Assembly (NCBI GenBank): GCA_030679895.1
Contig: JAUXSN010000047.1
Span: forward strand, 65,328 to 129,327
DNA length: 64,000 nucleotides
DNA from: Candidatus Moraniibacteriota bacterium
GTDB lineage: Bacteria > Patescibacteriota > Minisyncoccia > Moranbacterales > UBA11712
Reading direction: 5' to 3'
In this document: positions 47,021-55,930 of the stretch, piece by piece
Layout: each line of letters opens with the position of its first letter
How positions within the stretch are numbered: position 1 is the first letter of the stretch
Notes under the pieces: model-generated
What the model was told of the DNA's origin: nothing
Seen by the model: the letters and a program-made list of their open reading frames with translations, nothing else
Database searches by the model: none
Translations under genes and position numbers: made by a program

Positions 47021-48297
47021 TGGAAATAAAGAAACTTCCAAAATCACAGATTGAAATTCAAATCTCCGTTCCGGCCGCGGAACTTGAAAAGTTTTTGGAT
47101 ATGGCGGCGGAAGAGCTGTCAAAAGAAATAAAGATCGACGGATTTCGTCCCGGAAAAGCGCCTCGAAATATTGTCGAGCTGAAAGTCGGATCCGAAAAAG
47201 TGCTTGCCCACGGCGCCGAAAAAGCCGTTAAGAAAAATTATGCCGATTCGATTGCAAAAAATAAAATAGAGGCAATCGGCGAGCCGAAAATCACCATCAC
47301 CAAAATCGCTTCGGGAAATGATTTGGAATTTAAGGCTGTGGTCAGCATTATGCCGAAAGTTGTTTTGAGCCATTACCGAAAAGAAGTGGGGGAAATCAAG
47401 AAAGAGGACGATGCAAAAATTTCGGAAAAGGAAATCGCCGAAGAACTTGAAAATCTGGCCCGCAGCAGGGCAAAGCTCATCACCGTCACCCGCTCCGCGC
47501 GAATTGGAGATCGGGTGGAAATTGATTTTGAGGCTCGAATGGATGGAAAAATTATCGAGGGAGGAGCCAGCAAAAATCATCCTCTTATTATCGGGGAAAA
47601 TTTCTTTATCCCCGGCTTTGAAGATAACCTGGTCGGGATGAAAGAGAAAGAGGAAAAATCATTTGGCCTTTCTTTCCCGGCTGATTATCACAAAAAGGAA
47701 CTAGCCGGAAAACCCACGGCTTTCAAAATCAAGATGGGTCTGGTTCAAAAGAAAGAATTGCCCAAAATAGGCGACGAGTTCGCTAAAAGCCTGGGAAAAT
47801 TCGATAATTTGGAAAAATTGAAAATCAATCTGAAAGAAGGAATGGAAATGGAGAAAAAGAAAAAAAATCAGGAAAAATGGCGGGCAGAGGCTATTGAGGA
47901 AATTATCAAAAAAAGCCAAATGGAAATTCCGGATGTTTTGCTGGAAGGCGAGACGGACAAAATGATGGCTGAATTTGAGCAGAACATCGCCCAAATGGGA
48001 ATGGCGATGGAATCCTATCTTGCTAATATTAAAAAATCAAAAGAAGATCTTCGAAAAGATTGGCAGGAAGCCGCCATAAAAAGAGTAAAAGCGGCTTTGG
48101 CGCTTCGTGAAATCGCGCAAGCGGAAAATATCAAGATCGATGCCAAAGAGATCGAGGAAGAAATGAACAAGGTTTTAGCGTATTATAAGAATATGGGCAG
48201 TATGGAAAAAGATGTTGATATGGAAAGACTGTACAGCTATACCAAGGGCGTGCTGCTCAACGAAAAAGTATTCCAGCTTTTGGAGAATCTTAAATAA
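47020..48297 (+). CDS. tig: Trigger factor
   Basis: IDGFRPGKAP, FIPGFEDNLVG. Confidence 0.95.
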   Translation: MEIKKLPKSQIEIQISVPAAELEKFLDMAAEELSKEIKIDGFRPGKAPRNIVELKVGSEKVLAHGAEKAVKKNYADSIAKNKIEAIGEPKITITKIASGNDLEFKAVVSIMPKVVLSHYRKEVGEIKKEDDAKISEKEIAEELENLARSRAKLITVTRSARIGDRVEIDFEARMDGKIIEGGASKNHPLIIGENFFIPGFEDNLVGMKEKEEKSFGLSFPADYHKKELAGKPTAFKIKMGLVQKKELPKIGDEFAKSLGKFDNLEKLKINLKEGMEMEKKKKNQEKWRAEAIEEIIKKSQMEIPDVLLEGETDKMMAEFEQNIAQMGMAMESYLANIKKSKEDLRKDWQEAAIKRVKAALALREIAQAENIKIDAKEIEEEMNKVLAYYKNMGSMEKDVDMERLYSYTKGVLLNEKVFQLLENLK

Positions 48298-48308
48298 TCT
48301 AAAAAATC

Positions 48309-48893
48309 ATGCAAAATCAAATCCTCATCCCAACCGTCATCGAAAAAACCGCCTATGGAGAACGGGCCTATGATATTTATTCCCGGCTTTTAAAAGAAAG
48401 AATAATTTTCCTCGGCGGGGTGATTGATGATATCGTCGCTAATTCAGTGATCGCCCAGTTGCTATTTCTGGACAGCCAAAATAGCAAAGAAGATATCAAA
48501 ATTTATGTAAATTCTCCCGGCGGGCAGGTCAGCTCGGCTTTGGCGATTTATGACACTATGCAATATGTCAAAGCGGATGTTTCCACCATTTGCATTGGAC
48601 TGGCAGCTTCCGGCGGGGCGCTTCTTTTGGCGGCCGGAAAAAAGGGCAAGCGTTTTTGCCTTCCCAACAGCGAGATACTCATCCATCAGGTAATGGGCGG
48701 AGCGAGCGGACAAGCGACGGATGTGGCCATTCACGCCAAGCATATCGTGAAGATGAAAGAAAGGCTCAATGAAATTTTGGCTAAGCATACCGGGCAGAAA
48801 ATAAAAAAGGTTCAGGAGGATACCGAGCGCGACTATTTCATGAATGCCGAAGAATCCAAGGCTTATGGAATTGTGGATAAGATTATAAAGTGA
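48309..48893 (+). CDS. clpP: ATP-dependent Clp protease proteolytic subunit
   Basis: [28 protein letters not shown]. Confidence 0.97.
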   Translation: MQNQILIPTVIEKTAYGERAYDIYSRLLKERIIFLGGVIDDIVANSVIAQLLFLDSQNSKEDIKIYVNSPGGQVSSALAIYDTMQYVKADVSTICIGLAASGGALLLAAGKKGKRFCLPNSEILIHQVMGGASGQATDVAIHAKHIVKMKERLNEILAKHTGQKIKKVQEDTERDYFMNAEESKAYGIVDKIIK

Positions 48894-48902
48894 TCCCGAA
48901 AC

Positions 48903-48933
48903 AAAAACGCTCCCGCTAAGCGGGAGCGTTTTT
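48903..48933. terminator. Bidirectional intrinsic terminator
   Basis: AAAAACGCTCCCGC-TAA-GCGGGAGCGTTTTT between convergent genes. Confidence 0.8.
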
Positions 48934-49500
48934 TTATTCTACAACACTCGCTATCAGATTTCTTCGACCGAAAGCGAAAGCTTCTTTCTTGGTCTGCATA
49001 TAGATATCAAAGTGGTTTTCTTTAATAGCTCCGCCGCGGTCCTCGCAAACATAAGTTCCCATCCCGTCAATTTCGATCTTGGTGCCGAATTTATACTGTC
49101 TGGGGCAAGCAAGCGTCCGGTTCGCCTGGACTCGTTTGCCGCTCGCGGTGATTCCGTCGCTCTTTCCGCATTCATCGGCCGCGGCCGTATAGGCGCTGGC
49201 GTTGGCAATGAAACTTCCGGAAGAAAGCAAACTCATATTTTTTGGCCGATATTTTCCGATGGCTATCAAATCCGCCGATGTGTGCGGAAAATATATAGCC
49301 GCGATAAAGTTATCATTGACGGAAACGATTCCGTCAGCCTTTATCTTCGGCGCCTGGTTTTTGTCTTCGTTCTGGTTATTGTCATTATTTTTTGATATTT
49401 GTTGTGTATTTTGGTTTATAATCTCCGCAGCCTCGGCCTTACCGCTTATCGAAATATTTAAGGCCAAGCTGATAAGAATCGCGCTTGCCAAAATACGCAT
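48934..49500 (-). CDS. Secreted 3D-domain protein (MltA-like)
   Basis: ASAYT, GITASG, FGTKIEI, EDRGGAIK..HFDIY. Confidence 0.88.
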   Translation of the reverse strand: MRILASAILISLALNISISGKAEAAEIINQNTQQISKNNDNNQNEDKNQAPKIKADGIVSVNDNFIAAIYFPHTSADLIAIGKYRPKNMSLLSSGSFIANASAYTAAADECGKSDGITASGKRVQANRTLACPRQYKFGTKIEIDGMGTYVCEDRGGAIKENHFDIYMQTKKEAFAFGRRNLIASVVE

Positions 49501-49618
49501 TAGTTTAATTTAATTGTTAATGTTAAATCACTGTTTCAGGCCATCCGCCAAAGGCGGATTATTTGTCGAGCCGAAAGCTCCCCAAATAAAAAAAGCCCTT
49601 TTCAGGACTTAACGAACC

Positions 49619-49647
49619 AGTATAGCATTATAAACATCTAAAGTCAA
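49619..49647 (-). promoter_or_regulatory. Sigma70 promoter for the 3D-domain gene
   Basis: TTGACT-17 nt-TATACT. Confidence 0.6.
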
Positions 49648-49938
49648 GGGCAGAGGCGCTTGCCTCTTGACAAAAGAAAGGAGTATTTTGGGGCTTGTAT
49701 AAAGCTTTTATTGATAAATATGGAGATTTTGAAAAAGAATAATTTTAAACGGAACGGGTTTATTTTAGCTCCTTTCCCTTTTTACTTAGTGATGTTTCAC
49801 AGGCGAATTGATTGTTTCACGAAAAAACATGGGCCAAAAACTTCAGGTAGCCGAAAAGTGGTCTTTTTCTTGTCCGGCAATTGACGGAATGCGTTATTAA
49901 TTATAAGATAATATAGCTTTAAAAAATCATTTTTTATT

Positions 49939-50403
49939 ATGGAAAAAATATACCAGTACAACCGCAAAGTCAGACAATCAAGAAAGTGTCCCGATCTCAA
50001 AAGCGGTGATATTGTCAAAATCCATCGCAAAATAAAGGAAGGGGACAAAGAGAGAATCCAGATCTTCGAGGGCATTATCGTAAGCATAAAGGGAAAGCAA
50101 AGCTCTTCCCCGATGGTTACCGTAAGGAGAGTTTCTTTTGGCACGGGAGTTGAAATCACCGTTCCCTTGTATTCTCCCGCGATTTCGAAGATTGAAGTCG
50201 TCAAAAGAGCCAAGGTCCGGCGTTCTAAATTATACTACCTGCGAGAAAAGGGGTTCCGCCTTTCGAAACTGAAAATGAAAGAGCTTGGCCAGTTTGTGGC
50301 TGAAGAGAAAGAACCGGAAGCGGAGAAACAAGAATCTGAAGAAAAAAAGGGGGAACAGCCGAAAAAGACGGAAAAAGAATTATCCGACAAAGAAAAAAAG
50401 TAG
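49939..50403 (+). CDS. rplS: 50S ribosomal protein L19
   Basis: KEGDKERIQIFEG...KVRRSKLYYLR. Confidence 0.96.
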   Translation: MEKIYQYNRKVRQSRKCPDLKSGDIVKIHRKIKEGDKERIQIFEGIIVSIKGKQSSSPMVTVRRVSFGTGVEITVPLYSPAISKIEVVKRAKVRRSKLYYLREKGFRLSKLKMKELGQFVAEEKEPEAEKQESEEKKGEQPKKTEKELSDKEKK

Positions 50404-50425
50404 CTATTATCCCAAATTACTTTTA

Positions 50426-50509
50426 GCCGTGGTGCCGGAATCGGTAGACGGGCCAGCTTGAGGGGCTGGTGTCCATTAGGGCGTGGGAGTTCGAGTCTCC
50501 CCCACGGCA
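50426..50509 (+). tRNA. tRNA-Leu(GAG)
   Basis: Anticodon arm CCAGC-TT-GAG-GG-GCTGG; long variable arm. Confidence 0.93.
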
Positions 50510-50591
50510 CACTCGGGAAAGGGGTCGGGAAAACGGGAGTTTTCCCGCGGCGGAATTATTCAAACCGAGGGGTTTGAAGGAGTGCAACGAC

Positions 50592-50665
50592 GGGCGCGTA
50601 GCTCAGTTGGTTAGAGCATCTGTCTTACAAACAGAGGGTCAGAGGTTCGAGTCCTCTCGCGCCCA
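50592..50665 (+). tRNA. tRNA-Val(TAC)
   Basis: Anticodon arm TCTGT-CT-TAC-AA-ACAGA. Confidence 0.94.
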
Positions 50666-50670
50666 CATTC

Positions 50671-50723
50671 GCCGGGCTAGCTTCAGCCATAGGCTGATCC
50701 GCTTACGGCGGACAGTGGTAGAG
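50671..50723 (+). pseudogene. tRNA 5'-half remnant interrupted by a 30-nt double hairpin
   Basis: GCCGGGCTAGCT[TCAGCCATAGGCTGA-TCCGCTTACGGCGGA]CAGTGGTAGAG; no 3' half found. Confidence 0.55.
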
Positions 50724-50768
50724 TCCGAGCAGAAAATGCGCGCACTTTAAAAATAAAAAATGATATTT

Positions 50769-51082
50769 GCCTGGGTAGCTCAGTGGTAGAGCAGAGGACT
50801 GGTTTTCGGTCCGTCTCGCGGTAACGCGGGAATGAAAATCGGGTGAATTCGAGGAAACCTAAATTCAAATCAGGAAGATTTGGCTAAGGCAATCTCGAGC
50901 CAAGCTTCGATGGGCAATAGTTATCGAAGAAGGTGTAGAGACTAGCAAGTGAGTCCCAACAATAACCTTGCAAAAGCGCCCGATATCCCAAAGAGGGATA
51001 ATGAAATAGTCCGATCCTTAGGGAAACCTAAGTACGAAAAAGGAAAATCCTTGTGTTGGCAGTTCGATTCTGCCCCCAGGCA
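50769..51082 (+). tRNA. tRNA-Phe(GAA), intron-containing (exons 50769-50800 and 51043-51082)
   Basis: Joined exons give GAGGA-CT-GAA-AA-TCCTT and acceptor GCCTGGG/CCCAGGC-A. Confidence 0.9.
50801..51042 (+). ncRNA. Group I intron, 242 nt, no ORF
   Basis: P1 GGACU/GGUCC with U.G at the splice site; UUUUC/GAAAA P10; P3 UCGGGUG/CGCCCGA; P7 GACUA/UAGUC; terminal G. Confidence 0.88.
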
Positions 51083-51208
51083 CAAATTGCGGTTAACTAA
51101 CGGAACGCTTCACGTTAGGATTAATAATGTAAAACTATTTTTCAGAATTATTGGCTGGATTGACGGTCTCAAGCAATATATGCTTTCTTGATATAATTCT
51201 AATGCAAT

Positions 51209-51280
51209 GCGGGTATCGTATAGTGGCTATTATATATCCTTGCCAAGGATAAGATACGGGTCCGACTCCCGTTACCCGCT
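51209..51280 (+). tRNA. tRNA-Gly(GCC)
   Basis: Anticodon arm TATCC-TT-GCC-AA-GGATA; T-loop reads TCCGACT. Confidence 0.88.
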
Positions 51281-51288
51281 CATTTCGG

Positions 51289-51324
51289 AAAAGAAAATCC
51301 CCGCCTGTGCGGGGATTTTCTTTT
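51289..51324. terminator. Bidirectional intrinsic terminator
   Basis: AAAAGAAAATCCCCGC-CTGT-GCGGGGATTTTCTTTT. Confidence 0.8.
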
Positions 51325-51328
51325 GAAG

Positions 51329-52018
51329 CTATTGTTTCAGATAAGTTTCGAATTCTTCAGGCGGATCGCTTTTGAAAAAATATTTCTGGCCATCCGGACC
51401 TAAAAATGAGATCGATTCGGCATGCAAAAACATTCTGGGAGTTCCGATATTTTTATACTCTTTGAAGGTGTATTTTTTATCCCCGACGATCGGATGTCCG
51501 ATGGAATGAAGATGCACCCGGATTTGATGCGTCCGGCCGGTTTTGGGAGAAACTTCGAGCAGGGAATAATCGTCCCATTCATCCAAGACTTTATAATAAG
51601 TCAGCGAATATCTTTCTTTTCTCACATTTATTTTCCCCCTCACCAACGCTTGTTTTCGAAAGTCTCTTTTTGATCTTCCCATTTCTCCTTCAACTTTTCC
51701 CTGCTTTTCCTTGAATTTCCCGAAAACCAGCGCTAAATATTTTTTTTCTATTTTTCTGTTCTTGAATAAATCCTTCAGGTACTCAAAAGTTTTTTGATTT
51801 CTTGCCACAAGCAGAACGCCCGAAGTTTCCTTGTCCAGGCGGTGAACTATTCCCGGGCGAATTATTTTATCATCGCCGACATTTTTGATTTCCGGAAATT
51901 CTTCAATCAAAAAATCAACCAAAGTTTTTTCTCTTGCTCCGATGCCTTCATGAACCGAAAGTCCGGCTGGCTTGTCGACGACAATTATATTTTCGTCTTG
52001 ATGAATAATCTTCAGCAT
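51329..52018 (-). CDS. RluA-family pseudouridine synthase
   Basis: VDKPAG, HRLDKETSG, TGRTHQIRVH, FLHA; start MLKIIHQ. Confidence 0.95.
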   Translation of the reverse strand: MLKIIHQDENIIVVDKPAGLSVHEGIGAREKTLVDFLIEEFPEIKNVGDDKIIRPGIVHRLDKETSGVLLVARNQKTFEYLKDLFKNRKIEKKYLALVFGKFKEKQGKVEGEMGRSKRDFRKQALVRGKINVRKERYSLTYYKVLDEWDDYSLLEVSPKTGRTHQIRVHLHSIGHPIVGDKKYTFKEYKNIGTPRMFLHAESISFLGPDGQKYFFKSDPPEEFETYLKQ

Positions 52019-52021
52019 TGA

Positions 52022-52102
52022 TGGGTGAGAGAGGATTCGAACCTCCATGGGTTGCCCCGCTAGCTCCTAAGGCTAGTGCGTATACCATTTCGCCACTCAC
52101 CC
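52022..52102 (-). tRNA. tRNA-Leu(TAG)
   Basis: Anticodon arm CTAGC-CT-TAG-GA-GCTAG. Confidence 0.93.
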
Positions 52103-52276
52103 GTGAAAGAGTGGATAATAAAGCCCTAACAAAATAACACAATCGGTTTAGATTGAAAAGGGACAATCTTTTTATAGTTATCAAAACAATTGAAGAAAAA
52201 CCACTAAATGTGATTTAAAAAAGCCCAAATAGAGAAGACTTCTCGCATGAGCTTTTCATTCACTTGCTAAAAGCGT

Positions 52277-52645
52277 TTAAAAATTCGTAGAAGATCCTCC
52301 CAACAGGCTGTTGACGGCAACTATAATCACATATCCCGCCAGCCCCACAATCACCCCGATAATCGACCATTGCATTTGTTTTTTTGCTCCACTCACATCT
52401 TTTTTTTCACCCGTCATGCTTCCTCCCATTAAGTACATAGTGCCGCTCAAAATAAAGCTGATTATCGCCAGAAATCCAAAAACACCCAAAATCCATTTTG
52501 TAATATTTGATATAATATCCTTTAGGGATCCGGAAGCAAGGCCGCTGCTGGTGGGAAGGGTGACTCCATCCGCTCTTCCAAAATGCGACAACGCGATAAA
52601 CGCGATGAACAATAATATAATTGATACCGATCGCTTAAATTTCAT
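52277..52645 (-). CDS. TrbC/VirB2-like pilin
   Basis: Signal peptide plus two TM helices; SGTMYL...AKKQMQWSIIG. Confidence 0.75.
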   Translation of the reverse strand: MKFKRSVSIILLFIAFIALSHFGRADGVTLPTSSGLASGSLKDIISNITKWILGVFGFLAIISFILSGTMYLMGGSMTGEKKDVSGAKKQMQWSIIGVIVGLAGYVIIVAVNSLLGGSSTNF

Positions 52646-52675
52646 CTTTGATAAAAATTATTTTATTAATTGCGG

Positions 52676-53053
52676 TCAAAATGTCGTGCTCGAACCACCT
52701 AGCATAGTATTAACCGCGTAAATAACCACATACCCGACCAATCCCACGATTACTCCCGTGATCGACCAGTACATCTGCTGTTTCGCCTTCTTTTGCTGGT
52801 CATCATCCCCGGCCGCTGTCAAATACATAATGCCGCTGATCACGAAACCGATAATCCCAAAAAAGCCAAACAATCCCAATATCCAATAAGTGACATACTT
52901 AATAATGTTATAAATTGTTCCGGCAGGCAGACCCATTGATGAATAATCGGAAGTGCTCCATCCGGTGGCTTCGCTCGCCTTGGCAAACAGGCCCAATGCA
53001 AGAAGCCAGAACGCAACCAAGACATATTTTTTTATGACTTTGTCTGTTTTCAT
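52676..53053 (-). CDS. TrbC/VirB2-like pilin
   Basis: SGIMYLTAAGDDDQQKKAKQQMYWSITG. Confidence 0.78.
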   Translation of the reverse strand: MKTDKVIKKYVLVAFWLLALGLFAKASEATGWSTSDYSSMGLPAGTIYNIIKYVTYWILGLFGFFGIIGFVISGIMYLTAAGDDDQQKKAKQQMYWSITGVIVGLVGYVVIYAVNTMLGGSSTTF

Positions 53054-53167
53054 GATAATTTAAAAAGGATTAAACCTGCTATTATTATACATAATAAAAT
53101 CAATTCTGACAAAACGGCTCCCTGCCAAGCGGGGAGCCGCAAAATATTCATACAAGATTCAATGCCC

Positions 53168-53527
53168 TTAGAATGTAGTGTTAGATCCTCCCAGCAAACT
53201 GGTTACCGCTGTGAGCGCCACTAGGCCCACCAAGCCGACAATAATTCCGGTTATCGAATAATACATCGCTTTTTTGGCTTTTTTTTGCGAATCCTCGTCT
53301 CCGGCCGCCACCAAATACATTATTCCGCTGATCACAAAACCGATAACGGCAAAGAAACCCAAAAGGCCCAGCATCCACATCATAACGCTCTTGATGATAT
53401 TAAATATGCTGCCAGACTGCAAATTTGTCCCGCTTGGAGTTGCAAATTGAGCCATAGCCAGATACGGCAGAAGAGACGCCGTTATCAATCCCGCCCGGAC
53501 TAATATTTTTTTCGTTTTTCTTTTCAT
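53168..53527 (-). CDS. TrbC/VirB2-like pilin (strong SD; candidate major pilin)
   Basis: SGIMYLVAAGDEDSQKKAKKAMYYSITG; AAGGAGGTGA SD and own terminator. Confidence 0.8.
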   Translation of the reverse strand: MKRKTKKILVRAGLITASLLPYLAMAQFATPSGTNLQSGSIFNIIKSVMMWMLGLLGFFAVIGFVISGIMYLVAAGDEDSQKKAKKAMYYSITGIIVGLVGLVALTAVTSLLGGSNTTF

Positions 53528-53573
53528 TCTTTCACCTCCTTTCGGATTAAGAGTATTTTTTTATTTAAAACTT

Positions 53574-54182
53574 TTAGCCGCCGATAAGGCTGCTGATCTG
53601 TTTAGCCAGAGCCAAAGAGCCTATGGCAATCGTGATGCCGATGAGCGAATACTTCACTATGTTCTTTCCGGTTTCGAATTTTTTCTGATCCCCGGTCGCT
53701 CCGAACATCGTTATTCCGCCGATCACCAGACTTATAATAGCAAGGAATCCGACAATTGACAAAAGCAGGTTGAGAACATTCGTCGCGATCTGCTTGAGGG
53801 TCGTACCGCCGGTCGCGCTTGTTCCTGTTCCTCCCAAAACAGATTTTATTTCATTATAGAAAGTCGGCGCCGCTATGACAATAGCCAGCCCGCCCAGAGC
53901 GTAAAGCAGCGTCTTTTTGCCCCGTTCCATCATCTCTTTGCTTCCGCCGGAAATCATATACATCACCCCGCCAATGATGATAAAGATAACGGCGATCGTC
54001 CCGGCGATCCCTCGCAAATAGCTCATTATGCTGCCCAATACTCCTTCGATGGTATCGTAGCTGAGCGGATTTGACAGGGACACGTTGGCGGCACCGGCCA
54101 AATTGGTATCAAGAGTGAAGAAAACCGACACAGACAGAAAAAAGATGACCGAAAGCGAAGAAATTGAGATTAATTTTTTCAT
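53574..54182 (-). CDS. Protein with two tandem pilin-like domains
   Basis: GGVMYMISGG..GKKTLLYA and GGITMFGATGD..GKNIVKYS. Confidence 0.75.
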   Translation of the reverse strand: MKKLISISSLSVIFFLSVSVFFTLDTNLAGAANVSLSNPLSYDTIEGVLGSIMSYLRGIAGTIAVIFIIIGGVMYMISGGSKEMMERGKKTLLYALGGLAIVIAAPTFYNEIKSVLGGTGTSATGGTTLKQIATNVLNLLLSIVGFLAIISLVIGGITMFGATGDQKKFETGKNIVKYSLIGITIAIGSLALAKQISSLIGG

Positions 54183-54266
54183 TTTGGTTTTTGGGTAAAT
54201 TATTATAAGGCTAGACATTTGAGAGCGTTTGCTAACAGGCGGAATTTTGATGGACCAAAGAAACAA

Positions 54267-55034
54267 CTAGGGCTCCAATTGATCCTGATGCGCATTTAAT
54301 AGCTTTCTCAAGCACTCCTTATCGTTTGAGATAAATATTTGACCATAAAACATTGACCAATCTACCGAAAATGTTTTTCCGGAATCAGATTTTAAGTTTG
54401 CAAAACGGATAGTTGATGAATTTAGGCCGTTCGACATTTCAAACTTGGTTTCGTTAAAATTCGGGGATTGCGAAAAGGATTCGCCCGGAAAAAATAAAGG
54501 GGAAAGATCTTGAAACATTTTGTTTTCCCATTTTTTCACATTTTCTGTCAATGGATCAACTGAATTTACATAGCTTTTCAAATCCTGATCTTTGTTGACT
54601 TCAAAAATCAGTCCCGCTGCTGACACGGAAGGATCTGAAGAACAATTAAAAAGCGCATACTCCAGCTTATCGCTTAGCTGCAGAACCGGCTCGTCTATCT
54701 TCAAACCGCTCGATTGCAAAAAGGTCCGGAAAAGCACGATTTTGCCGGCTGAATCCTTGACTGTGAATTCAGATATTTTTGATTTTTGATTTTTAGCGCT
54801 TTCAATATTGCTCTTTATCTGACGGTTGATGTCTTCAGGCGTAACGGCCTGTTGAGAAATATTATTTGATCCGTTTCCTGTAGCTTGCGGGAGCGTGTTG
54901 TTGATATTTTCATTTGAACTTGGAGGAATACTGGTATTTATCGAGCTCGTATTTTTTGAAAATATAATCTTTAGACTGATCACTATCAGGGGCAAAGAAA
55001 TTACAGCGAGTATAATAATATTTTTTTTCTTCAT
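54267..55034 (-). CDS. Membrane-anchored exported hypothetical protein
   Basis: N-terminal TM, Asn/Ser linker, globular domain. Confidence 0.7.
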   Translation of the reverse strand: MKKKNIIILAVISLPLIVISLKIIFSKNTSSINTSIPPSSNENINNTLPQATGNGSNNISQQAVTPEDINRQIKSNIESAKNQKSKISEFTVKDSAGKIVLFRTFLQSSGLKIDEPVLQLSDKLEYALFNCSSDPSVSAAGLIFEVNKDQDLKSYVNSVDPLTENVKKWENKMFQDLSPLFFPGESFSQSPNFNETKFEMSNGLNSSTIRFANLKSDSGKTFSVDWSMFYGQIFISNDKECLRKLLNAHQDQLEP

Positions 55035-55098
55035 ATAAATTAAATTTAATTAATGTCTTTATTATGTTATTACAATCGGCCGGATGAATATCAAGCGG

Positions 55099-55914
55099 TC
55101 AGGTGCCGGGTAACCGCATAGTAAAATTCCCATTATTGCTGGCCCATTGCATATAGTTGTTCGTATTCCAAACCTTTGGGTTTTCGCCGGTATTCCCTAA
55201 GTGATAAATGTTTCCGTCATAATAGAAAGCGGCGTGTCTTCCGCCATGCCCATTACTTGATGTCAGTACTGTGCCGTTAACAAGCTGTGACTGGTCAAAG
55301 GGGATTGAATTCTTCTGATGCTCTTCAGTAGATCTTCCCGGATCCCAACCCATCGAATCGATACAAAGTGATTGGATATATTTAGAGCAATCATATCCAT
55401 TTTGGCCATAAACAACATTGGAATATTTTTGTAGAGAATTGGCAATTTTAGATCCATCAGTCGGCATCGGCGTCCTGTTTCCTCCAGCTCCCGCTCCAGC
55501 GCCAGCGCCAGTTGCGAGGGTTGGCGCTACCGTCTGGGTCGTGTCACACGTGAAACTCGACCAGCTTCCGGCTTGCTTGAAGCCTAAAGCGTTCATAACG
55601 GCGTTGACAATAAGCCAGGAACAAAGCAGCAAAACAAGAGCGATGATGGAAGAGGTAAAGGCTTTTTTAGCCTTTTCAATGAGACCTTTGCTGCCGGCCG
55701 AAACCATATAGAGAACTCCCGCGATTGTTATTCCCAAAAGACAAGCCGCCAAAAGAAGTTTGAGAAGAAAATCAAAAATACCTTTGATGCCGAGAACCAA
55801 ATGGCAGAGAGTGCACTCGTCGGTGCAGGGAACCAGGCCATCCGCCAGCACGGATTTTAACGGTATGATCAGCAATAAGAGGATTATTGATAGGAAAAGT
55901 ATCTTTGTTTTCAT
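55099..55914 (-). CDS. Pilin-domain - NlpC/P60-like hydrolase fusion
   Basis: GLVPC..CTLCH pilin domain, GAGAGAG linker, YDCS...HAAFY...YH. Confidence 0.7.
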   Translation of the reverse strand: MKTKILFLSIILLLLIIPLKSVLADGLVPCTDECTLCHLVLGIKGIFDFLLKLLLAACLLGITIAGVLYMVSAGSKGLIEKAKKAFTSSIIALVLLLCSWLIVNAVMNALGFKQAGSWSSFTCDTTQTVAPTLATGAGAGAGAGGNRTPMPTDGSKIANSLQKYSNVVYGQNGYDCSKYIQSLCIDSMGWDPGRSTEEHQKNSIPFDQSQLVNGTVLTSSNGHGGRHAAFYYDGNIYHLGNTGENPKVWNTNNYMQWASNNGNFTMRLPGT

Positions 55915-55930
55915 CTTTTGAATTTTTTGA

